Assembly: GCF_000181795.1 (NCBI RefSeq)
Contig: NW_003526944.1
Coordinates: 2,531,434-2,595,433, forward strand
Direction: 5' to 3'
Length of the DNA: 64,000 nucleotides
Origin: Trichinella spiralis
Taxonomy: Eukaryota
The notes under the pieces were generated by a model. The model searched no databases. It saw only the letters and a program-made list of their open reading frames with translations, and was not told where the DNA came from. A program made the translations under genes and the position numbers. How positions within the stretch are numbered: position 1 is the first letter of the stretch; each line of letters starts with the position of its first letter. Shown here one piece after another: positions 24,549-36,908 of the stretch.

Positions 24549-27196
24549 ATGTACATTCAAAAATGCACGTTATTTATTTTCTACCGTTCTATAGATTTGA
24601 TTTATTATTAATTTAGTTTTTGTTTTTTTTAATGTGTTCTTGCTTTTATGTTCATTTGTTTCGATTTTGGTCTGCTTTTTTGTTGATGTCTATTTGTCGG
24701 ACTTTTAATTTTATAGGTTCTACTTTTGCTTAAATTGCAATAGCTAGTTGTTGCTTTTTCCATTCTTACCAAACTGTGACTACGTTGCACGTTGTTTATT
24801 ATGTTGTTTATGTTTTAGTTATTTTATTTTTTTAATGTTTTAAAATTTTTTTGTTTTTTTTTGTTTTTTGAATGTTCTAAGAAATGTTTAGATGTGATTG
24901 ATAAAAGTACTTGTTACTTTGATTATATTTAATATTTTTGTGTTATCTGCAAGCAAAAATTATCTCGATGCATATTTAACAAGCATCCACATGTCTGCCT
25001 AAGCACTTTTCTAATATATATATATGTATAGTTTGATTAATTAATGTTGTTCTATACTGCTTTTTGTAACTGAATTTCTGTGAGCACATTTTATCCATTT
25101 CAGCATTCTATTTTACTCGCAGCAGTAGTTGTTCACTGTGTAAATTCAGCATTCAAATTGATGTCATTACAGTACTATATTTTAATTGTACACAATCTTT
25201 TTTTGCATATACTGCACCTGTGAAATTCTATATTTCTATATACCCACAGTTATATTATATATGCACATATCCTGTGAATGTGTATGTGAAAAATTTAGGT
25301 AGGAAAGAATTGTGAATGAATGAATGTTTGTCTGTCTTTCTCATCTGCAGAGAGGCTGAAATATTTATCATTGCATTCATATCTTTTTGTACTGTAATTT
25401 CATGCTAATAGCTCCTGTGAAGTAATAATACACATTTCCTTTTATTTTGTTTTTTAAAGCAAACTGCTGATTGAACATGATTTTTGTGAGAAAATAAAAG
25501 ATGAAATTGATCTCACAGTATTTGATTTCCTACTGGTTATTGATTGTGTACATGATTCTGTGCTATTTGTTTTTTTGCTTTTTTCTTACCGTCCATTGCT
25601 TCAAAATTAATTATGGCTCGATTTTTCCGCCAGCGTGATACGATGTAGTGAATGGAATTAGAAATGTGATCATTATGGTACGGTGAATATTAACTGTTCA
25701 GATGGGTATTTCGTAGATTATTTGTGTAGTATATTTAATAAACTGTTTTTCTCTGTCTTTTTACATTTGACTTTCTGCAAACTGCCGTGAATTTTGCACA
25801 TCACTGTATACAGCAGAACAGTATATTGAAATTTTTTGTTCATATTATAACATTGACATCTACTTTTACAATTTACGATTTATGAAAAGTTATGTTGATT
25901 TCAGTATTAACTGCTACACATTGTACATTGTTGTATTGTTGCACTGGTCCTCCGTCTATTCGTTTCTGCCTTTGCATTTCTACACGTTTGGTGCTTTTGA
26001 GTTCACTGATTGAATTTAGACTGATTTAAAGTGGACTTCATAATTCAAATTCCAAAGAAGAAAGAAGTATCTGCTTTCATAATTATAAACGAAATCAATG
26101 CAGCAGTACGGCTTGTAATGGTAGTGTAATGTTTGTATTATTGCTTTTGTTTGAAAATGATCCAAGAATTAATTGTCCACCATTCATTGATCTCTGTCAA
26201 GTAGCTTGAAACGTGATACAAAAATTTGCACTGTCTATTTCACTGTCCAGTTGTGTTATAGGAAAGTTGTCATTTTGTTGAAAGATGGTTTCGAGAAACA
26301 AATTTTAACGCTGGTTTACCTCCAAGCTAGCAAATTGGTAGTTGAATCCGTTTGTTCCAAAGCAAACTTCATCATGGTCAGCTGTCGATAATGCGCAATG
26401 AATGATAATTATTCGGCTGAACTGGTGGAGGAGTTTTCCTGCAGAAATTGCAGATGATTCAAAAAGCCTTCGTCAATGATACAGAAGAATTGTGCGTATG
26501 TTTTATTTTCTTTCATTTTTCTACACCTTTAACGCCTGATTCACAATCTGATAACACTGCTTTGTGCATTTAGTTAACTGTCCGTTTTTTGTTTAAATTT
26601 GTCAATACTTTTTTGTACATCCAGAGGCTCAACTGTTGCACAACAGAATTTACTTCAAATTACTGGCATTATTATTATTAGTAAGTACATTTTACTGATT
26701 AATATACTAACGTCTGACGAAAAAACACCGAATAGTTATTACTTGCCCGCCAATGAGTGTCATTCTAGTTTCAAGCGTTTATTCTTGTATAATTGACGTT
26801 CATTTTCATTTATAGCTCTTTGTAGGATGCGTTTCTGCAGATTATATGGAACTTCTACCATTCTACTGTGCATTGCGACAGTTATTGAAAGCAGTGGCAT
26901 AATCAACAGTGACATTAATAAATTATAACTGCGATATCTCTTTTAACATTCACTGTTTTATATTTAGTGATGCGACAGTAATATTACGAATGGGATTGCC
27001 AGTATCGTTGAAATAATTGGGAAACAAGTTAAATATCACGTTTTGCGATGCAGTATTGCACATAATTGGAAAACATAAATAGTACAAACAAGAGGACAAC
27101 ATGCACTGTAATACAGTGGTAAGATACACACTTTGGTGAACAGACTGAAATTGTTCTTACGTCATTAAAAGTTATAAGAAATAAAACGGTAAAGAG

Positions 27197-30100
27197 ACAG
27201 CGGTGAAAACGAACCCATTTAACGGACATTGCTTCAATGAAAACGGTAAGCATCACATTTGCAGCTACGTTTATGGAAATTATTTTCCTAACTAACTAAC
27301 GTAGTAACTAACAAAACTTCCCACACCACTATTGACATTTAAAAAGTTTTTTTCCATTTTTGCGGTTCATTTTTCAAAAATTTGTTTTGGAGTTATTCGA
27401 GACTTTTTCTGTATAAAGCACTTTCTTACGAGGTATTTGGAAAACTGATAAATTGATGAATTTACTTTTTCAGATGCGAAAACTCAGTAGGCAGTATCTA
27501 CAACCGCTAAATAATGTTATGCCTTCAAGCACTTTGAAAGCAGCTTAGTGCCTCATTTCACACTGCGCAAACATACGTGCAATTACAAAGAGGTCAACGA
27601 ACTATACTTATTATTATTATTATTAACTAACTTTATGCAAATTTAATGACGAACACTGCTGACGGCATTCATTCAAAGTTCAAAAGCAATTTATTATATA
27701 TATAAAGCCAGGTTTATTATTTTTAGGCGATTATTATATGAGTATTTGCTAATGAAGAACATTCTCGTTACTGCGCCGGGTAATTTGCTCATTTCTGCTG
27801 CTTCACTTCAACAAATACCAGCATTGATTCGAAATTATAAAAGCCTTCATATTTCATCATCAACATCCCTGCTATCAGGTAAGCCGTTTTGCATTTTTAG
27901 TGTTCAGTTTTCGCTTTTCTTCTTTCTTAAAACGCAATATATAAAACATTGCCACTTTTCATAGAAATTCATTTATAACTTTTGCGAAGTGAAACTAAAA
28001 CTTCATCATCTCTAATAACATTCAAATAGCAGACGACATTTTATTAGATTGTTTTTCGAATTCCTAAATAAAAAGTAAAAAATTGTAGAAAAACCTGGGA
28101 AGTAAGTTATAATCAAAGGATTTTCACTTTTCACCACTCTTCAAAAGCGATTTTGATGGTGATGACACATCAGATTTATTTAAATTGAAATTATTTAATG
28201 TTTTAACAACAAACCCAAATCAAAATTCATTCATTTAGTATAATTTAGTACAATATAACAAAATTGCATTGTTTTCTTGTAAATGTAGCACCCAGATGTT
28301 TTGAAATTCTGTATTTTGTGAAATTCAACGAGTTCTCTCCTAAAGAAATGCTAATTTGATTTCTTTTATTTATTAGGAAAGTTTTTCATGTTGTTTTCAT
28401 ATATTTGAGTTAATTGTTTTGCTCAGATTGATATTTTGCATGTGAAATAATATGGTAGAATGAAAGTTAGATGTTTCGGTCGTTTTTATGAATTCAGCTT
28501 CACAGGTATTTAGGTGATTTCAGTCAAATAAATTTGCATGCTAATGCGTTTTCATATGAGTAAAGTCATATTATGAAATGTGTAAATAAGAACGTAACAG
28601 CGTTTACGAAATAGATTAGTAAATAAAGAGCAACCTGCAAATGCATTTTTCAGAACTGTTAATTGAAAATTCAATTTTGTGCAAATTTTCATTCATCAAT
28701 GAAAATAACTGTTTCAGCTACACTTTTAGAGATGTTTCATGATATTTTCGAATGAACTGTAGTATATCATAATTAGGTACATAATTTATGCTCAGTTCAA
28801 TGTACAGAGAATTCTTGAAATGAAATGCATAAGTAGAAAGGCAGCTCTTTCCTATGTTCCATGATTCTGGGATTTTCGCGCGATTCTGAATCGCGCTGGA
28901 AAGACAGAGCTTAATAATAGATAATATTCATGAAATAAATCACTGATTTACAATGAAAAGCTTTTTCTTCATAGTTCTCAAAAAGGGCAATTGTGTCATT
29001 GTACTGAAATAACAGTTGAGTATTTTCTACATTCTCTTTTATATTTCCTGTAATACAAGTTGCTGATGCGACAGATCTATTTCATCATCTTGTAGTTTCT
29101 ATTTTGTTGATAAGTACTCTCGTTCTTGTGCACTTCAGCCGACATTCCTACCCTCGAATATTCAAATTGTAATCTGTCCTATCATGCCCAATATCTTTGA
29201 AAGCGAACTGTGAAATGTTCTGCTATTTTACTAGTATTATGAAGACAGATAGTATATAAATCAATGTGCATGTTCTCCATCCTTTGGAACCTGACGTTAC
29301 CTTCCCAGCTATTGATTATATTGACAGATTAAAGGCAACGCCTTATTAGTAAAGGTGAAAGTTGATTGAATGATAACGATTCAGTTTATAACAACTTTCA
29401 CTCCCTACATCCCACCTATTCTCCCTCCTTTTTTCCCCGCATTCATTATTGCCTTCCCCTCCCAATAAATGAGAAATATTACTTGCTCTAGAAGACACCA
29501 ATAAGAACCGGAATCATGCTTATCCGTTGAACAGAGAACGTTTAACCGTGGTGACTTGGGATAAATCTTAGTGTACTTTCTCAGTGTTATCGACTGGAAA
29601 TGCACACTCATTGTACTAAATCCTAAATGTCACCAGCTCTTGAAGCTGCCTGCTTTTTCTCTGAATTGATACAGTTGCCAAGCACTCCTGCATTTATTGT
29701 GTTTACAAGTGTGTAGACAGCTGCTGCTATGTTTTAGCGTTCTCAAGCATTCACTTTCTTCCCTGGGATATCTCTGTCATGAAGTGGGGACAATTCTTTA
29801 CAAACCTTGGCCCATTAACTGAAATCAGTATTCCGTTTTTATCCTTGAATAAACTGAACTCTGAAAGTCCTTTCTGTATGTGACTCGCTTGATTTCCTTG
29901 AGCAGCCATGTTAAATTGCACTCTATGATTCACAATATGAAAATCTATAAGTTTAGCAATTTATTTGTCCATTGATTTTATCAAAATGTACAGCTTATAC
30001 ATAATTGCGACGTAACGAATAAGTCGTTCATTGGTTCTTCTTTTCATGGACATTTTTTTCTATAGATGAATTTGAAGCTTAAATTTATTTTATACTTGGT

Positions 30101-32497
30101 TGAATTTATTTTTTTGTCATCTTTACTTGTGCATTACTCGTAATTAATTGTAATTGTCATCCGCTACAGCAGATATTAATTCATTGAAACAGAAAATGAA
30201 TACTACTTTGGAGATTTAAATCTGCTTGCTTTGTTTAGAATTAGCATTTAATAATTTCTGTAGTAATGTTTACAATAAAATTTCATTAATGTTATTTAAT
30301 GTTTTACAAATCTCAGAAATGTTTTCATTTTCTATACTAATTTCAGTACAAGCCATTTAATTATTATCCATATACCTTAGATTGTAAGACAAATATTATT
30401 CGAGTGATATACTTTGTTTGTTCTGTCCAACGTTCAAGCAAGTAAATTCAGCAACGCAATAATAGCATTTCCGGTTATTTTTAGTGATTTGCAATGCTTC
30501 AGGTTAATAAGTGTTCGTTTCATCTAATTTTAACAAAAGAAATTTGCATAATAGTGCTATTTTACTTAATAATGTGCAGTGAGTAAATAAAAACGTAATA
30601 AATTTCATCATGTTATTAAATAAAATTGTTCGCTATATTCATTTTACTGTGCTATTACTGCATTCAAATTAGGTTGTTCCACCGGAGACAAAGTGGTTTA
30701 TTATTTGCATAGTTTACTCAGCGTTATATGTTTAATCAGAGTACTTTGTACACATTCAGTTATTCAGTTTATGGCTATGGCAGCACGAAGGGGATCGACT
30801 ATAATTCCGCTCTTCAGTGCTATCAGTGAATATTAGGTAAGTTATATTATGCATAGTGGTGGTGTTATGTCATGCATGTCATTTGTATTACTCTACTAAT
30901 ATGGTGATTGGGAACTAAAGGGTGTCTCTAACTGTATTATTTTTTCTAAATTTCAGCTACCTCAGATGCTGAGGACAGAGAAGTACGTATTACTGTTTTT
31001 TATTTTGAGATGACTACACTAATAAAATTCACTTTCAGAAATTCACATCACTTCACGTTTATATCAAGTATTATTTAACAGCTATATTATAAAAAGTAAG
31101 TGAAGATGATCAGTTACTCATCATAATAATTTTGAAAAGTATTTTTGATTATTTGATTCAAGATTCCTTGTTTCCGTGCCATTTCTAACTTGGTTGTTGA
31201 ATGCCGACGGAAACGGTCTGACAAATAAACAGACAGCCGCTTATTTTAGGTTCTGAACGTTACGGTTTGTCAGGTAGCTTGATCAGATGATGACGGATTG
31301 ATTCGACAAACGGTAACAATCGGTAAAGTCCTCAACAGAACTCTGCCAAGCATATACTGCATGCTTAAAGCACAATCGGCCCAGCCTTTAAAGCTTCGTT
31401 CCGAAGTTACGGATCCGTTTGCTCACTTGCCTTCCCTACATTCTCCCATAGCTTTAGAAATTTCTTCAAACCACATGCTGTAGAATACTTCAAATGGAAT
31501 GTTTCGGTACATGATTGATTTCTTTGCTTATGCATAACAAGTAAGTAATGCATGAATGTTGCGTACAGTATATATGATCTGAATTGAATTGCAATAACTT
31601 ACATGAAACCGCCATATTATAAAAAGTAATTGAAGACGAATAACAGTGCATCATAATAATTTTCAAACGCAAATCATTTTGTCGTCTGTTTTATTTCTCC
31701 AATTTAACTTTGAAATAATTTTCAGGCTATTACAAGAAATGCAAAAAATTCATGACAATGGATTACACTTTTGCTATCAAAGAGTTGTTATGTCATTACC
31801 GTAGTAACCCAGTGTTACTTGAAGTTCATATAAACGTCACAATGAAGTTTTTCTTATCACTATATGTAAGAATGAATTACATATTGCTTATGATAGGAAT
31901 AGAATATTCTACAACATGGTAACAGATATGGAATCACTATACATTCTCTCTCCGTGACAGTGGCGTTTCCTGCTTGTATTTATGCGGCTTGGCATATAGA
32001 AATTAGTAAGAAATATTAGATTTTTTTATATTTTAGCAATAGAAACAGTGAAACTAACTGGTATACAGCTATACAACTAAACAACTAACTGCTATACATA
32101 GTGAAAATGTGGCAGTTCGACTACGCATTTAGGTGTTACCAGTGTAGTATTTGAAAAACAGGTAAGTACTTATTTTGAAAATGATAACTTTAGATTACAT
32201 CATCGAATGGGAGACTTATGTAAGTCCGTACTAGTTCAAGTTGATGTACAGAATTGTAGCGTAATGTTCTATGGTGTTGCGTATTACAAGGGGTGTAAAG
32301 TTATTCAGTAATAACAGATTTTTTTTCGCTTACAGATTTCATTTTGTGTTGGCCATGAAGACTACAGCGTTCACAATCCCATGTTTATTAAGTACAGAAA
32401 TCTACACAACTAAGTACTAAGTACTACTACTACATATAAGTACACAAAGTAAGAATCTTCTCTTGAATTATTTAATGCGTAAAAGTTAGGGTGGATA
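27197..32497 (+). repeat. Left arm of large inverted repeat (~5.3 kb)
   Basis: Reverse complement of 36909-42384. Mirrored ORF pairs in the track: 29405-29611/39726-39932, 29751-29933/39404-39586, 31298-31483/37829-38014, 31490-31672/37640-37822. Confidence 0.95.
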
Positions 32498-33428
32498 AAT
32501 CAGATTCTGAACTGAAGAAAACAGCTAATGGTAGTTTTTGAGAGGTTTTATTTTGGCATGATTTAATAGCTTTAATAGCGGATGGCGAGAAACGGTCTGT
32601 AAGGGTATACGGGAATTCTGGTAAGTACAGAAGATATCAAGGAAGGATACAAGGTAAATTTAAGTGAAGCGATGAGCAAGAGTAATAAAGACTGCTGATG
32701 TCGAACTGTGTCCGAAGCCAAGTGAGCCAAATGAAAAGAGCCAAGTGATGAAGCATTGGGAATCGAGCCATGCATGCCGTCTGTGTCTAGTAGGCACTCG
32801 CTATAACTTGTTGCCGCTAACATCCATACCTACAATCCACTTCCTGACCATCAGAGGTTTCACATGAATTGGCGGAACAAAAGCGATCATTGCAGTTGTT
32901 TATTCTGATGCAACGAGCCCATTTTATTAATTTTATTTTATCAAGTGCAAACTTGTTTTCTACTGTAATATAAATGCATCGGTGGTGCCGTGAGAAGGAA
33001 ATGAAGTCCGCTGTTCTGCCTCTTCTTCAGCCGGATCCGGAACAAAACGAACGTCACCGACTGGTGAGGACTGTTACACTAAGTCGAGGCTTCAGCATTT
33101 GGTTGAGCCGTTTTTACTGGAGACGTTGAAAATAGAACTGTAGCAAATATTTTTCTCCTATATCAGATAATGATTTAGCTAGCCACATGATGATGCATGT
33201 GTAACAACCATGGCTGTACGGTGGCGTTGCTAATTGCAGGTCCAGCTGAGGCAGACGCAGAGCCGCGGCAATCCCGCCCAGTTCAAAGATGCCGCCGGCG
33301 AAAACCGCGGTTGTCTTCTGGCGACAGACCCGCATGACCCGACGTCAGAACTGAACTAGCCGTTGTTAAGCATGTCGTTCGGTCATTGACCCAATGGCTC
33401 TCCGGTCGCTGATGGTCCGTCGTATGTG

Positions 33429-33701
33429 CAGGTAACTCTGGTAAGTACAGAAAACAACACAGAATGATAAGTATGTATACAGGTAAGTCACGTGAGTAAA
33501 GAAGATGAGTGTACAGGTAAGTTTGGCAAGTACAGAAGATAACAGGAAATGATGCAGAAGATAAGGAGTGTACAGGTAAGTTTAAGTACAGAAGATGGGG
33601 TAAAACAGGTAAACACAGGTAAGTATATATCAGAACACAGGTAAGTAGATATCAGAACACAGGTAAGTCAAAAGTATAATCAAAAGAATGGTAAGGTAAG
33701 T
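33429..33701 (+). repeat. Array of 5' splice-site consensus motifs (CAGGTAAGT) interleaved with GTACAGAA motifs; second copy at ~35520-35797
   Basis: Exact CAGGTAAGT at 33480, 33514, 33573, 33616, 33638 and 33660, AAGGTAAGT at 33693, plus near matches. The last three exact copies have a 22-bp period. Confidence 0.85.
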
Positions 33702-34343
33702 CTACGATGTGTACAGAAAGTGGACAGAAGTTTAGTAGGTACAGAATATAGCAATTATAAAAAAGAATTTGAAATGAAATTTAGACCGGGTCAGCCTGTA
33801 CGGATGAAAAATCTCCTGAGGTGACGCCCTAAAGCAAGACAAAATTTGCATAATCCCCCTGGGGGCAAATATTGTGCAATAAAATGCCTAAGGCGTAGCC
33901 TGGGGGGAATATGCAAATTTTTTACGCCCTGAGGCATAGCCTCAGGCAACGCCTGGGGCTAAATTTCTGAAAAATCGAAAATTTTTGAAAAAATGCCTGA
34001 GGCATAGCCCGAGGCGTAACCAGAGGATGAAACTTTTTTATGTATTTGCCCTTTCATATTTTGAAAAGGTTCATTTTCAAATCCTGAATGCAAATAGCAT
34101 AGCTTCAATTGCCTGATTGTTGACCTAATTGGAATGGCCGAAATGATTAATACCCATTATTAACGAATGCGTAACCTGTTAAATAACGATAATTTAGAAG
34201 AAAACTCCAATTTGATATTTTCTTGCCCGTGAAGTTGACGGAAATGTTCTCTGTGGAGTAATAAATGAGTTGACGCATGTCACATTTCCCATAAAAACTT
34301 TTATAAAACACCCCCATGAAGAGAACCACAAAGTTGGTGCTTA

Positions 34344-34353
34344 NNNNNNNNNN
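34344..34353. other. Assembly gap (10 N)
   Basis: Run of Ns. Confidence 1.
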
Positions 34354-35907
34354 AGGGGGGGCAAAGCCTATTTCCAGTAATACCAGATCATTTCTTCGGA
34401 TTTCAAGATTTCCACTCTGGTGTGGCCCATGAAGGGTACAGCGTCACATTCCCCATGTTTTTAATGTACAGAAAATTTACCCCAAAGTAAGTTGATAAGT
34501 TTTTCTAATCCATATAAGTTCCCCAAAAGTAAGAATCCTTTTATTGAAATTTATTTAACGCGTAAAAAGTTTGGGCGGGATAATTCGAGATTTTTGAAAT
34601 TGAAGGAAAACCAGTTATCTGGTGGTTTTGGAGAGGATTTTAATTTTGCCAAGGTTTTAATAGCTTTAATAGCGGAGGGCGAAAAGGCGGTCTGTAAGGG
34701 TATCGTGGAATTTTGAAAGTACAGAAGATTTCAAGGAAGGCTCCAAGGTAAATTTAAGTAAAGGGATGAGCAAGAGTAATAAAGATTGTTGATGTCGAAT
34801 TGTGTAGAAGGCTAGTGAGCCAAAGGAAAAGAGCCAAGTGAGGAAGCATTGGGAATCGAGCCAGCATGCCGTTTGTGTTTAGTAGGCACTCGTTATAACT
34901 TGTTGCCGCTAACATCCATACTTACAATCCACTTCCTGACCATCAGAGGTTTCACATGAATTGGCGGAACAAAAGCGATCATTGCAGTTGTTTATTATGA
35001 TGCAACGAGCCCATTTTATTAATTTTATTTTATCAAGTGCAAACTTGTTTTCTACTGTAATATAAATGCATCGGTGGTGCCGTGAGAAGGAAATGAAGTC
35101 CGCTGTTCTGCCTCTTCTTCAGCCGGATCCGGAACAAAACGAACGTCACCGACTGGTGAGGACTGTTACACTAAGTCGAGGCTTCAGCATTTGGTTGAGC
35201 CGTTTGTAGTGGAGAAAAAAAAAAATAGAACTGTAGCAAATATTTTTCTCCTATATCAGATAATGATTTAGCTAGCCACATGATGATGCATGTGTAACAA
35301 CCATGGCTGTACGGTGGCGTTGCTAATTGCAGGTCCAGCTGAGGCAGACGCAGAGCCGCGGCAATCCCGCCCAGTTCAAAGATGCCGCCGGCGAAAACCG
35401 CGGTTGTCTTCTGGCGACAGACCCGCATGACCCGACGTCAGAACTGAACTAGCCGTTGTTAAGCATGTCGTTCGGTCATTGACCCAATGGCTCTCCGGTC
35501 GCTGATGGTCCGTCGTATGTGCAGGTAACTCTGGTAAGTACAGAAAACAACACAGAATGATAAGTATGTATACAGGTAAGTCACGTGAGTAAAGAAGATG
35601 AGTGTACAGGTAATTTTTTTTATTTTCCCCCCCATAACAGGAAATGATGCATAATATAAGGAGTGTACAGGTAAGTTTAAGTACAGAAGATGGGGTAAAA
35701 CAGGTAAACACAGGTAAGTATATATCAGAACACAGGTAAGTAGATATCAGAACACAGGTAAGTCAAAAGTATAATCAAAAGAATGGTAAGGTAAGTCTAC
35801 GATGTGTACAGAAAGTGGACAGAAGTTTAGTAGGTACAGAATATAGCAATTATAAAAAAAGAATTTGAAATGAAATTTAGACCGGGTCAGCCTGTACGGA
35901 TGAAAAA

Positions 35908-36241
35908 TCTCCTGAGGTGACGCCCTAAAGCAAGACAAAATTTGCATAATCCCCCTGGGGGCAAATATTGTGCAATAAAATGCCTAAGGCGTAGCCTGGG
36001 GGGAATATGCAAATTTTTTACGCCCTGAGGCATAGCCTCAGGCAACGCCTGGGGCTAAATTTCTGAAAAATCGAAAATTTTTGAAAAAATGCCTGAGGCA
36101 TAGCCCGAGGCGTAGCCTGAGGGCATAAAAAATTTGCATATTACCCCTAGGCGATAAAAAAATTTGCATAAATACTCCCTGAGGGCAAATAATATGCAAT
36201 AAAATGCCTAAGGCGTAGCCTGAAAGCATATGCAAATTTTT
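35908..36241. repeat. Palindromic GCCNNNGGC / ATTTGCAT motif cluster (partial copy at ~33815-34017)
   Basis: Imperfect inverted repeat at 36004-36142; ~83-bp direct units at ~35937 and ~36159; five octamers and at least eight GCC-N3/4-GGC motifs. Confidence 0.85.
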
Positions 36242-36908
36242 ATTTTCTGGCATACTTTCCCTTGCTTGTTATGCAATCCTTCATACTTACTTCCTCTTAT
36301 TTCACCTACCTGGAACTATTTTTATGCTTACCTGTAATCTTCTCCTGTAATCTTCTTAATCTTACCTGTCACCCACATTACTAATATCCATTTACGTGTA
36401 ATCTACTAACTTACCTAAACGTTATTACGCTTAGCTAAAACCTCTTTCCAACGTAGATATGAAATCCAAAATTTCTAAAATCTAAAATTAGAATACTTAC
36501 CTCATATAAACACTGGCATGAGAACCACACTGCGAGTGCATCTGAAAAACAATTCAAAAATTAAAAAAATCCACATCCAGTAATTATTTACTTAGTTCCT
36601 AATATTCCATTCACTTTTGTAGAGTAAAACATATTTGCCTGATCCCTATTAATCTGGGTAATTGGAACAACAAATCTAATGACGTAATTCAGTGCAGTCA
36701 TGAGAAAATCTTTCCAAACGAACTCTAAAATTAAAGGATTAAAGCAAAACTAATCAATAAGAAACATCAAAACAATGATATGCACTTTTCTTGTGGTATA
36801 ATTACTTTTTATATAGCTTGTTTGTTTACTTCGTATACGAATTCGCAGAAAAACTGAAAACATTAGTTATTTACGTACTACTAAACGACATTTCAATGTT
36901 CATGGACG

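Larger units (their letters stand above)
32288..36115. repeat. ~2-kb direct duplication across an assembly gap (32288-~34020 vs 34354-36115), probably an unmerged contig overlap
   Basis: The copies are near-identical in the middle and degrade into mismatch-rich sequence on both sides of the 10 Ns at 34344-34353. Confidence 0.85.

Noticed and set aside
29405..29933. ORFs preserved in both arms (MNHRVQFN..., MSVHFQSI...), considered as LTR-retrotransposon pol fragments
   Set aside because: Their presence in both arms just reflects the duplication, and no diagnostic RT, RNase H or integrase motif could be read.
30768..32160. Fragments faintly resembling Ly6/three-finger (ALQCYQ), trypsin (LTAIHS..VAVRL) or DNase II motifs
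   Set aside because: The matches are a few residues long, mutually inconsistent and interrupted by stops, so no family can be supported.
33610..33670. 22-bp periodic repeat as a CRISPR-like array
   Set aside because: Eukaryotic context, no unique spacers and no cas genes; it is a short minisatellite.
32288..36115. 2-kb tandem duplication as a biological event (e.g. LTR pair)
   Set aside because: It is centred on an N gap with error-like degradation at both gap-proximal ends and has no TG..CA termini or TSD. An unmerged contig overlap explains it best.
36494..36504. ATACTTACCT resembling the U1 snRNA 5' end
   Set aside because: No downstream U1 stem-loops or Sm site; it is the reverse complement of a splice donor.
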